Made by a program: the position numbers and the translations under genes
In this document: one piece after another, positions 9,179 to 17,897 of the stretch
Numbering within the stretch: position 1 is the stretch's first letter
Layout of the letters: each line of letters begins with the position of its first letter
The notes under the pieces: generated by a model
Told to the model about the DNA's origin: nothing
What the model saw: only the letters and a program-made list of their open reading frames with translations
Databases searched by the model: none
NCBI GenBank assembly: GCA_030648835.1
Contig: JAUSGT010000002.1
Location: forward strand, 501,458 to 565,457
Origin: Candidatus Moraniibacteriota bacterium
Lineage (GTDB): Bacteria > Patescibacteriota > Minisyncoccia > Moranbacterales > UBA1568
DNA: 64,000 bases
Reading direction: 5' to 3'

Positions 9179-10870
9179 ATGAATCTTGAGTCAAAAAATG
9201 CCAAGAGACCGCTTGAGAAAGAAATCATAGTCGTCGTCGGATATCCTCCGATCAAGTCGGACAAGGGAGTGGCGCTTCTCAGTCAGAATCGCCAATTTCA
9301 ATATTTCAATGCCCCGACGTATATTTATCCGATGGTTCCGGCGTATGCCGCGTCATTGCTTCAGGAGGAAGGATATCGAGTGTATTGGATGGATGGTATT
9401 TCCGAGCACAAGAGCTACGATCAGTGGGTAGATGAGTTGCGAGCGACGGGCGCAGAGTATCTCATGGTGGAATCCAAGTCTCCGATTATCAAGACACACT
9501 GGAAGCAAATCAATGACCTGAAGGAAAAGTTGCCGCATCTGAAACTCATCTGGGTAGGCGACCACGTGACATTTATGCCACTGGAGCAATTCGAGCATAG
9601 CCGGGTGGATTATATTCTTCGCGGTGGGGATTACGATTTTCTTGTCACCAATCTGCTCAATCATATTCACAGGGGAGAAGAGCTGGAGGGCGGTGTCTTT
9701 TGGCGCGAAGGAAACACGGAAATCAAGGCCGTTCCGAAAGAAACATCCGCTTTGCCTACGGGTGAAAAAGTACATTCATCCGGCGCGGATTGGGTGCGTC
9801 ACAATCTCGATACGTTGCCGTTCGTCGACCGTGATCTGACGCGCTGGGAGCTGTATGCCTACGAAAACGGGAATTACAAATATACGCCGGGGACCTATAT
9901 GTACAGCGGGCGCGATTGTTGGTGGAATCGCTGCACATTCTGCGTGTGGGATCATACTATCAATCCCATCGGAACCTACCGCAGTTTTTCACCGGAGCGT
10001 CTGTTTGCCGAAGTGAAACACGTGGTGGACAAATACGGCATCAAGGAGATCTTTGACGATGCCGGAACGCTTTTCATCGGGCCGAAGCTCAAAAAATTCT
10101 GCGAACTTTTGATTGAGAGCGGTTACAACAAAAAAGTGATTTATGGCTGTAATATGCGTTTCAACGCCTTGAATCAGGAGTATTACAATCTGATGGCCAA
10201 GGCTGGTTTTCGCTTCATTCTTTATGGTATGGAGTCAGGCAATCAGAAAACGCTCGATAAGCTGGACAAGGGCACGAAGGAGGCGGATACGATCAATGGC
10301 TCACGTATGGCATCGAAAGCCGGGCTGGAACCACACGCGACCATTATGCTCGGCTATCCATGGGAAGACTATGAAGACTCCAAACGTACCATCGCTGTCG
10401 CCAAATATTGTTTCAAGAAAGGCTATTTCAGTACGATGCAGGCCACCATCGTCGTGCCATACCCGGGAACGCCGCTTTGGAAGGAATGCAAGGAGAAGGG
10501 CCTGCTCTTGACCGAAGATTACGATGATTACGATATGCGCGGATCGGTGATGAAGATCCCCATTACGCAAGAACAGCTTTTGCATCTTACCCAGGACCTC
10601 TACTCGGCATTTCTCTCGCCTCAGTTCATCTTCCGCAAGATCATCAGTATCCGCAGTTTTGATGACATCAAGTTTTTCATTTCGGCCGGGAAAAAATTGC
10701 TTGGACACTTGCTCGATTTCGATCCCAATCAGACCAAGGTCGGTTTCGCTTCCAAGAAATTTTGGAAGAATGCTTTTGGCAAGCTGACTGGCCATTTCGT
10801 GGCTTCAAAAACGACGGTGGATGCCGAGAAAGACAAGGTTCGTCTGGAAGATAGCGCCGTCAATCGCTGA
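9179..10870 (+). CDS. B12-binding-domain radical SAM enzyme (class B-like)
   Basis: N-terminal Rossmann-like cobalamin-binding region, then 'GRDCWWNRCTFCVWDH' Cys triad. Spacing here is Cx4Cx2C rather than the usual Cx3Cx2C. Confidence 0.7.
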   Translation: MNLESKNAKRPLEKEIIVVVGYPPIKSDKGVALLSQNRQFQYFNAPTYIYPMVPAYAASLLQEEGYRVYWMDGISEHKSYDQWVDELRATGAEYLMVESKSPIIKTHWKQINDLKEKLPHLKLIWVGDHVTFMPLEQFEHSRVDYILRGGDYDFLVTNLLNHIHRGEELEGGVFWREGNTEIKAVPKETSALPTGEKVHSSGADWVRHNLDTLPFVDRDLTRWELYAYENGNYKYTPGTYMYSGRDCWWNRCTFCVWDHTINPIGTYRSFSPERLFAEVKHVVDKYGIKEIFDDAGTLFIGPKLKKFCELLIESGYNKKVIYGCNMRFNALNQEYYNLMAKAGFRFILYGMESGNQKTLDKLDKGTKEADTINGSRMASKAGLEPHATIMLGYPWEDYEDSKRTIAVAKYCFKKGYFSTMQATIVVPYPGTPLWKECKEKGLLLTEDYDDYDMRGSVMKIPITQEQLLHLTQDLYSAFLSPQFIFRKIISIRSFDDIKFFISAGKKLLGHLLDFDPNQTKVGFASKKFWKNAFGKLTGHFVASKTTVDAEKDKVRLEDSAVNR

Positions 10871-10890
10871 CAGATTTCGGAAAGAAATGA

Positions 10891-12633
10891 TTACGGTATT
10901 TTCCCTCGGATCACTTGCAAGTTTTCTTGCAAGTTTTTGTTTTGTGGGTCGATTTGCAAAGCTTGCTCTATATATTCCGAGGCCTTTTGAAAATCGCCTT
11001 GATTGAAAGAAATAGCGGCTAGATTCTGATACGACTGCCATAAACGCGGATTGAATTCCAAGGCTTTCTGATAGTTTTCTATAGCCAAATCGATTTTTCC
11101 CATATCACGATATGTGTTGCCCAAATTATGATAAGCATCGGCATAACGAGGGTTTATTTCAACGGCTTTCTTGAATTCTTCCACCGCTTTTTCCGGATTG
11201 CCTTGTCGGGCATAGACATCGCCTAAATTGTTGTGGATAACTTGTCCGGAAGGTGACGTCTTGGCCGTGGCAATCCAAAGTGTATCTTCATTTTTCCAAT
11301 CCATACCTCGGATAATTGTTCGGATAGAGAGGGATAAAATTATAATCACGAAAAGAGCTACAAGCGCGTGCTTATACTTTTCGTTTTTCTCTTGCGCTTT
11401 TTCCCAAACCCAATTAAAAAATATCGCCACGACGACAAAAATTCCGATGGATCCCAGGTAAACATAGCGCTCGGCGACAATCCAGGAAACACCAAGTGGT
11501 GTGAGTGTCGGAGAAAGAGCAATAAGAAAAAAAGATAACCAGAAAAAAACTGTCTTATTCTTTTTCCAAGTGAAAATAATCGCTGCTAAGAATAAAATAA
11601 AAATAAACAGCATAAAAATATAGGTTCCGGAAGAAAATGACATTTCAGTGTGGTATAAAGAGAGTTTGTCCGGCCACAGCAGAAGCTTCAGATAGTTGAT
11701 AATGGCAATCGGTATTTGGACAAAAATCGAATGGATATTTGTATCTTGGTATTCCTCAGTTTTGATAGAGGCCATTCTTTGCCCGATTTTAGAGATATAT
11801 ATAATTGCCCAAATAAAACTCAATCCGGCGTAGGGCAATAGCTTCTTCCAATTATTTTTGAGATTCCCCCAGATAAACTCAAAAATTATAAAAATCAAAA
11901 ATAGCGGTATTATTTTTTCGGAAGCAATAAGCGCTAAAAAAAAGAAGAAATATGACGCAAATAGTCTTTTTTTGTTTATTCTCGTGATAAAAAGAAAAAA
12001 GGAAATTAAAAACATAAAAACCGATAGGGCATATGGCATAGCGGAAATCCAAACAACTGTTTCGGTCAGAACAGGGTGGACAGCAAAAAGAATTGCCGCG
12101 AAAACAGCAATTCTTTTTTTTGAAATAATACTTAAAATAGAAAAGATAAGAAAAACTGAACCGATATGAGAAATAACATTGATTAAGCGAAAGAAGAAAG
12201 GAGATAATCCAAATAAACTAACAATGGTAAAATGAAAGAAGCGTTGCAGGCTCCCCAGTAGTGAAGGATCCAGTATATTGCTAAAATTTTTAATAGTAGC
12301 AGTGCTGCCTGAAATGACCGGGATATCATCCGATACAAAGCCGCTTCCCAGAGAATTGAAATAAATCACAAAAATCAAGAAAAACAATCCGATGAAAATA
12401 AACAAGTTTTTTTGAAAAAATTCGGCAAAAACAAAATCTGTTTGCCGGTTTTCCGGAATATCTCCCGGTGTATTGTTCCGGGTATATTTATTATATTTTT
12501 CTAAGCGCCAGATTTTTTTTAGATATTTTTTGATTATTTCTTGTTCAACGTCCAAGTTCTCAGCAAGCGTTTCTATAGGGAAATGCTTGATGTTTTTATG
12601 GATATATTCTTTCTGTTTCGATGTCAGACCCAT
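10891..12633 (-). CDS. GT-C membrane glycosyltransferase (PMT_2/DUF1736-like, 'FVSDDIP' motif) fused to C-terminal TPR repeats (TMTC-like architecture)
   Basis: About 10 TM helices. Extracytoplasmic 'FVSDDIPVI' acidic motif after TM1. C-terminal TPR units 'AYHNLGNTYRDMGKIDLAIENYQKALEFNP...'. Confidence 0.6.
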   Translation of the reverse strand: MGLTSKQKEYIHKNIKHFPIETLAENLDVEQEIIKKYLKKIWRLEKYNKYTRNNTPGDIPENRQTDFVFAEFFQKNLFIFIGLFFLIFVIYFNSLGSGFVSDDIPVISGSTATIKNFSNILDPSLLGSLQRFFHFTIVSLFGLSPFFFRLINVISHIGSVFLIFSILSIISKKRIAVFAAILFAVHPVLTETVVWISAMPYALSVFMFLISFFLFITRINKKRLFASYFFFFLALIASEKIIPLFLIFIIFEFIWGNLKNNWKKLLPYAGLSFIWAIIYISKIGQRMASIKTEEYQDTNIHSIFVQIPIAIINYLKLLLWPDKLSLYHTEMSFSSGTYIFMLFIFILFLAAIIFTWKKNKTVFFWLSFFLIALSPTLTPLGVSWIVAERYVYLGSIGIFVVVAIFFNWVWEKAQEKNEKYKHALVALFVIIILSLSIRTIIRGMDWKNEDTLWIATAKTSPSGQVIHNNLGDVYARQGNPEKAVEEFKKAVEINPRYADAYHNLGNTYRDMGKIDLAIENYQKALEFNPRLWQSYQNLAAISFNQGDFQKASEYIEQALQIDPQNKNLQENLQVIRGKIP

Positions 12634-12733
12634 AGTATTGTGGCTTTAAAGCAACGTTTCTGCTAGTATTATAGTATATTGCAAACATAAAATCTATAAT
12701 CCGAGTGGGATCAGAGAGAGTACTCTCTTGCCT

Positions 12734-13231
12734 ATGAGTTTACCTATACATTTATTCATTCATTTCTTCTTTGCTTTTGTGGCCGGGGGCATTTCTTGGT
12801 TCTTTTTTGGTAATCCGGTTTTATCCTTTATTTCAGGATTTCTTGGCGGAGTGCTCATTGATTTGGATCATCTTATTGACTATTTTCTGGCTTTTGGCTC
12901 TCGCTGGAATCTCAGTTATTTTATCCGCGGATATCAGTTTTTGAAAAGCGACAAAGTGTATGTATTGTTCCATGGTTGGGAATACGTTATACTGCTGGCA
13001 ATCGTTGTTTGGGCAGTTGGAGCGCAGTCAAGCCTGGGAGTGGCTTTGTTCGCGTTGGGATTAGGGGGATTGTTTCATCTGATTGCGGATACGCTGATCA
13101 ATCACGGGATGTCATTTCGGGCGTACTCGATCCTCTATAGATTGGTGAACAAATTTGAAGTAGAAAAAATAGTGACCCCTGAACATTATCTGGAGCATAT
13201 GAGAGAAAAGCAATCAACTCGTTTTGAATAA
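12734..13231 (+). CDS. Membrane-bound metal-dependent hydrolase-like protein (YdjM/DUF457-like)
   Basis: Polytopic. 'GGVLIDLDHLIDY' and 'HLIADTLINHG' His/Asp clusters resemble DUF457. Confidence 0.45.
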   Translation: MSLPIHLFIHFFFAFVAGGISWFFFGNPVLSFISGFLGGVLIDLDHLIDYFLAFGSRWNLSYFIRGYQFLKSDKVYVLFHGWEYVILLAIVVWAVGAQSSLGVALFALGLGGLFHLIADTLINHGMSFRAYSILYRLVNKFEVEKIVTPEHYLEHMREKQSTRFE

Positions 13232-13235
13232 AAAT

Positions 13236-14093
13236 ATGCTTGTTTCAGTCATTATCACGACTAAGAACGAAGAGAAGAATATAGAGAACTGTCTAAAATC
13301 AATCAAAGAGCAGGGTTACCCTCAAGAATTGATTGAAGTTATTGTTGTTGATAATAATTCTACCGACAAAACAAAAGAAATTGCTCTTCGTTATACTAAC
13401 CAGGTTTTTGATAAGGGCCCGGAAAGATCCGCCCAAAGGAATTTTGGCGTTGAGAAGTCCAAGGGGGAATATTTTCTCTATCTGGATGCGGATATGACTT
13501 TGCATAAAGATGTTATCAAACATTGTGTAGAAAAAATTTCTGTCATTTCCGCTACCTCTCTTGTCATTCCCGCGGAGGCGGGAATCCAGGTTAGTAATCC
13601 CGACATTGTCGCCCTCTATATTTCAGAAATCGTGATGGGCAAAAAGTTTTTTTCCCAAGTTCGCAGGTTTGAACGAAGTTTTTATGACGCGACGGTTATT
13701 GACTGCGCGCGTTTTATCAAGAAAAGCGCTTTTCAAAAAGTAGGAGGCTTTGATGAGAATCTGACTGGTCCGGAAGATTGGGATTTGGATAAAAAATTGC
13801 GGAAAATCGGAACGACAGCTCTCGTGAAGACACCAATATATCATAACGAAGCAGAGTTTGAATTGAGGAAGTATCTGGACAAAAAAGGGTACTATGCCAA
13901 GAAATTTGATACCTATATCGCCAAATGGGGAAAAAATGATCCAGACTTGCAAAAGCAATTCGGCTTGTACTACCGGTTTCTTGGAGTTTTTGTGGAAAAA
14001 GGGAAGTGGAAAAAAATGTTTGCTCACCCACTACTGACTTTTGGCATGTTTTTTCTTCGATTTCTCGTCGGATTGAAGTTTGTGTTGAGATAG
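13236..14093 (+). CDS. GT2 glycosyltransferase
   Basis: 'VSVIITTKNEEKNIENCLKSI', 'EVIVVDNNSTDKT', 'YLDADMTLHKD', 'PEDWDLD'. Confidence 0.7.
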   Translation: MLVSVIITTKNEEKNIENCLKSIKEQGYPQELIEVIVVDNNSTDKTKEIALRYTNQVFDKGPERSAQRNFGVEKSKGEYFLYLDADMTLHKDVIKHCVEKISVISATSLVIPAEAGIQVSNPDIVALYISEIVMGKKFFSQVRRFERSFYDATVIDCARFIKKSAFQKVGGFDENLTGPEDWDLDKKLRKIGTTALVKTPIYHNEAEFELRKYLDKKGYYAKKFDTYIAKWGKNDPDLQKQFGLYYRFLGVFVEKGKWKKMFAHPLLTFGMFFLRFLVGLKFVLR

Positions 14094-14171
14094 GATATTT
14101 TATAAAATAGGTAAGGAAAGTATTCCTGGCTTGGTTAAAGCAAATTCGAACTTTCTTTGGAAAGAAATACT

Positions 14172-15152
14172 ATGCACGAACTACCTATTCAGAAAAAACA
14201 TATCGTTCAACAAAGAGAACTTCCTTCTGAATACGCATCCTATAAACGCGAAGATCTCCCGACTGTTCAAGAAATATGGGAGCAAATTCAGGCTGTCAAC
14301 GGCGAGGTCAATAGAGCTCGAGAGCATAAAAATTTTCAGGAAATACCTGCGGATCAACTGCACCAATGCATTGAGGATTGTCTCAATGAAATCGATGCTA
14401 TAGAGCGAGCGGCTAGAAACAAAGAGAAATGGAAAATTTCTGCAGAAATGGCACAGCGAAGGCATCTGATAGTAAACCTTGCTGCGCCTGGAACCTATTA
14501 TCTGTCATCGAAAAATGATAAATATCGGGATAAGCCATGGGCGACCCTTTTGGATCGGGAAAGAGCGGATACCTCAGCTATCTTGGGGATACAAATTGCC
14601 GCTCAAACAACCGGTCAAAACCATTCTTTGTTTACAAAGTCGCGCATTCTCGATGGTCTTGATCCGGATCTGAACAGGCTCCGCCCTGATGTGCACGAAA
14701 GTATCGAAGCATCTGGGACACATTTTTTGTATATTGGGACTGAACAAGAGGGGGACGCCATTAGAAAAGTTCTTGCCTCACCGACTTCTTTCATTCCTGA
14801 AGATGTGGTCACGATCATTGATCAGTCTATCGGGAATACGCTCGATTCGATACACGCCCTGAAGCAATTTTTGCAGAGTTCCTACCCACCTGGAGAAACA
14901 ACTCACGGAAAGCCTTTGAGTATTGACTTCGTCATGGGAGCTCAGGCTTTGAGGACTTTGCGGATGTGCAATAAATTTGATGTTATTCCTTCAGAGGCTC
15001 TAGTCAACCTTTTTCCGATGGCGACTCCTCAAAGTGGCATAAGAGAATACCCGAAAAATGAAATAAGTGGTACCATCTACTATGCCTTGACAAACGATGC
15101 TTCCTTGAAGCCGGTTCCCTACTCGTTGATGGGGGAAGATAACATCTTATAA
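14172..15152 (+). CDS. Hypothetical protein, possible DUF218 (YdcF/ElyC-like) domain
   Basis: 'EDVVTIIDQSIGNTLDSIHALKQFL' resembles the DUF218 C-terminal motif. Weak. Confidence 0.3.
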   Translation: MHELPIQKKHIVQQRELPSEYASYKREDLPTVQEIWEQIQAVNGEVNRAREHKNFQEIPADQLHQCIEDCLNEIDAIERAARNKEKWKISAEMAQRRHLIVNLAAPGTYYLSSKNDKYRDKPWATLLDRERADTSAILGIQIAAQTTGQNHSLFTKSRILDGLDPDLNRLRPDVHESIEASGTHFLYIGTEQEGDAIRKVLASPTSFIPEDVVTIIDQSIGNTLDSIHALKQFLQSSYPPGETTHGKPLSIDFVMGAQALRTLRMCNKFDVIPSEALVNLFPMATPQSGIREYPKNEISGTIYYALTNDASLKPVPYSLMGEDNIL

Positions 15153-15164
15153 TGGTAAAAAGTT

Positions 15165-15962
15165 ATGAAAGTAGTCATACTAGCTGGAGGTTTGGGGTCA
15201 CGTTTAAGTGAAGAAACGTCAATAAAACCGAAACCGATGGTGGAAATTGGGGGAAAGCCAATTTTGTGGCATATCATGAAAATATATTCCCACTATGGAT
15301 TCAATGATTTTGTCATTTGTTTGGGATACAAGGGCTACTATATAAAAGAATGGTTCAACAACTATTACCTGCATAATAGCGATGTGACATTCGATTTGGA
15401 AAAAAACAGTATACAGTACTGTAAAAATTGGGCGGAAAAGTGGAAAGTGACACTGGTGGATACCGGCGAAGATACTATGACAGGTGGACGCATAAAGAGG
15501 ATCCAAGAATATGTCAATAATGAGACCTTCATGTTGACGTATGGTGATGGTGTGGCTGATATAAATATTATGGAGCTTCTTCAATTTCACAAACAGCATA
15601 AAAAGATAGCGACGGTGACAGCAGTCGTTCCGGAGGGAAGATTTGGCACCCTAAAAATAAATAAAGAAGGTGGTGTCACAATTTTTGGGGAAAAGAAAGA
15701 TAATAAAAATAGAATTAATGGGGGTTTCTTTGTTCTTGAGCCGAAATTTTTTGACTATTTGAAAAATGATGAAACAGTACTTGAAAAAACGCCTCTTGAA
15801 ACACTCGCGGAAGAAGGTGAATTGAAAGCTTTTTTCCATGACGGATTTTGGAAACCTATGGACAGTTTAAAGGATAGGCATACTCTTGAGGGATTATGGG
15901 AAAGCAAACAAGCTCCCTGGAAAATGTGGGAAAATACTCATGATCACTGCAAACATGAATAA
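15165..15962 (+). CDS. rfbF: Glucose-1-phosphate cytidylyltransferase
   Basis: 'MKVVILAGGLGSRLSEETSIKPKPMVEIGGKPILWHIMKIYSHYGFNDFVICLGYKGYYIKEWF' is near-identical in pattern to RfbF/DdhA. Confidence 0.9.
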   Translation: MKVVILAGGLGSRLSEETSIKPKPMVEIGGKPILWHIMKIYSHYGFNDFVICLGYKGYYIKEWFNNYYLHNSDVTFDLEKNSIQYCKNWAEKWKVTLVDTGEDTMTGGRIKRIQEYVNNETFMLTYGDGVADINIMELLQFHKQHKKIATVTAVVPEGRFGTLKINKEGGVTIFGEKKDNKNRINGGFFVLEPKFFDYLKNDETVLEKTPLETLAEEGELKAFFHDGFWKPMDSLKDRHTLEGLWESKQAPWKMWENTHDHCKHE

Positions 15963-17022
15963 TTTTTTCAAAGATAAAAAAGTACTTATTACGGGGCACA
16001 CCGGATTCAAGGGATCTTGGCTTACTCAAGTGTTGTTAAACTGGGGAGCCGAAATCACCGGAGTGGCGCTTGTACCCAGTACGCAACCGAACCTATTTAC
16101 CATCCTGAAGCTCGAAAAAAGAATCAGGAATAATTACTTGGATATTCGAGACTTTCAAAAAGTGAAAGACCTCTTGATGAAGGAAAAACCTGAGATTCTT
16201 TTTCATTTTGCGGCCCAGCCGATCGTGCGAGACAGCTATGACGACCCTTTGAAAACATATACCACCAATACTTTGGGAACAGCCAATGTCTTGCAAGCGA
16301 TCAAAGAAACCGGGTGTGTGAAGTCTGCGGTTATCATTACTACCGATAAAGTATACGAAAATAAAGAATCGCACCATCCGTATAGGGAGAATGATCCGTT
16401 GGGAGGCTATGATCCGTATAGCGCCAGCAAAGCGGCTGCTGATATCATTGCCCAATCCTATATCCGGTCTTTCTTCCATCCGGACGATTTTGGTACAAAA
16501 CACAGCACGCTGGTTGCCGTAGCGCGTGCCGGAAATGTCATCGGAGGAGGCGATTGGTCTCCCTATAGGTTGGTTCCCGACATTGTGAGATCTATTTATG
16601 AAAAAAAAGAAAGAATTATCATCAGGAATCCACAAGCTATCCGTCCATGGGAACATGTGCTGGAACCGCTTTCGGGGTATCTGATGTTGGCGGAGAAGCT
16701 GTATAATGGTGAAAAAAGTATCTCTGGCGCCTGGAATTTCGGTCCGGACGAAGAAAGCTTTGTTTCTGTCGAAAAGCTGGTTGATGAAGCCGTACGAATC
16801 TTGGGGAAAGGGGAGATACAAATCAGCCCAGACGATTCCAAGCATGAAGCCGGTATTCTGAAACTCGATACGAGCAAGGCAAAGAATCTTCTCAGTTGGA
16901 AACCGAGACTCTCTTTCAATGAGAATCTGTCACTGACTTTCGAATGGTATAGAAACTACTATGAAAAAATCGAGGACCCGATTGAATTTACAAATACCCA
17001 GATAGATTCTTTCTTCAAGTAG
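15955..17022 (+). CDS. rfbG: CDP-glucose 4,6-dehydratase
   Basis: 'KKVLITGHTGFKGSWLTQVLLNWGAEITGVAL', 'YSASKAAADII', extended SDR fold. ATG at 15955 overlaps rfbF by 8 nt. Confidence 0.9.
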   Translation: MNNFFKDKKVLITGHTGFKGSWLTQVLLNWGAEITGVALVPSTQPNLFTILKLEKRIRNNYLDIRDFQKVKDLLMKEKPEILFHFAAQPIVRDSYDDPLKTYTTNTLGTANVLQAIKETGCVKSAVIITTDKVYENKESHHPYRENDPLGGYDPYSASKAAADIIAQSYIRSFFHPDDFGTKHSTLVAVARAGNVIGGGDWSPYRLVPDIVRSIYEKKERIIIRNPQAIRPWEHVLEPLSGYLMLAEKLYNGEKSISGAWNFGPDEESFVSVEKLVDEAVRILGKGEIQISPDDSKHEAGILKLDTSKAKNLLSWKPRLSFNENLSLTFEWYRNYYEKIEDPIEFTNTQIDSFFK

Positions 17023-17055
17023 TAATTATTACCTTTTTTGCATCGTAAGGCGGCA

Positions 17056-17084
17056 TTGACATAACTTGTAAAAAATGCTATAAT
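17056..17084 (+). promoter_or_regulatory. Consensus sigma-70-type promoter (TTGACA-17-TATAAT) upstream of a GC-rich inserted gene
   Basis: TTGACA at 17056-17061, 17-nt spacer, TATAAT at 17079-17084. AGGTGA Shine-Dalgarno before GTG 17144. Confidence 0.6.
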
Positions 17085-17143
17085 GGACTTTACCTAAATA
17101 GGTAAAAATGTCCGTTCCAAATTCAATAGAGAAGAGGTGAAAA

Positions 17144-17737
17144 GTGGATAAATTTGCAATAAAGGCTTTAAAGAGCCTTGCAATCGGGCTGGAAACGAAT
17201 TCAGCTACGAAGGACGAGGTGAAAGCAGCCGCCGTGGCAGTACTTGGTTTGGTTGACCCGCGGGAACCGTATGGTTCGGCTCTCTTCAATGCTTTGGCAC
17301 GACTAACCATTTCCGTGTGTGTGGAGATGGTGATCTTGCGAAAAGCTGCGGATTCATCGCAAGAGGTGCTTCTCCGCAAGCGGGGAGCCGACGAGGTCTA
17401 CGCTCATCAATGGCACGCGGTAGGCTCGTCGTTCCGTCCCGGTGACCCAGTAGCCAAAACGAGCGCTCGGGCGCTTCGGGAATTGGGGAATATACCCCTT
17501 CCGTCACCCGTTTTTCGTGGGCACTTCAACTGTCTCACCGAGGAGCGCGGGCACTACGTCCAGTTGATTTACGCCATCGACGCCACGGGTGTGGAAATAC
17601 CCACAATGCCGGGGCATATCGAATGGTTTTCCACTGAGGCCTTGCCCCAAGACCTCGTCGAGAACCACCGCGAAGTAGTGCTTCCGGTGGCTCTCGGACA
17701 CTATGACTCACGCGACATGGAAAGCTTCGTTCGCTGA
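17144..17737 (+). CDS. GC-rich hypothetical protein with degenerate Nudix-like segment
   Basis: GTG start. 'VCVEMVILRK...EVLLRKRG...GSSFRPGDPVAKTSARALRELGN' resembles a Nudix box lacking the catalytic Glu pair. Inserted between rfbG and rfbH with its own promoter. Confidence 0.4.
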   Translation: MDKFAIKALKSLAIGLETNSATKDEVKAAAVAVLGLVDPREPYGSALFNALARLTISVCVEMVILRKAADSSQEVLLRKRGADEVYAHQWHAVGSSFRPGDPVAKTSARALRELGNIPLPSPVFRGHFNCLTEERGHYVQLIYAIDATGVEIPTMPGHIEWFSTEALPQDLVENHREVVLPVALGHYDSRDMESFVR

Positions 17738-17897
17738 TCAGGCGGGGATCGATTCGGCCTTGTGCAAGATATTTGCGCAAGGCCGTTTTATTTATCATAA
17801 AATCTCAGATTTTGAAGAATGACGTATTTGCCGTCTTTTATTGGTTTTTCCTTTCAAACCGTGTATACTATGCATACTAATTACTGAGAGCGGTCCC

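Noticed and set aside
15886-15954. Long N-terminal extension of rfbG predicted by the ORF track (start at 15886)
   Set aside because: It would overlap rfbF by 77 nt. The homologous N-terminus begins at the ATG at 15955, which gives the usual 8-nt ATGA-type overlap.
16093-16845. 250-aa minus-strand ORF inside rfbG
   Set aside because: rfbG is a near-textbook match on the plus strand.
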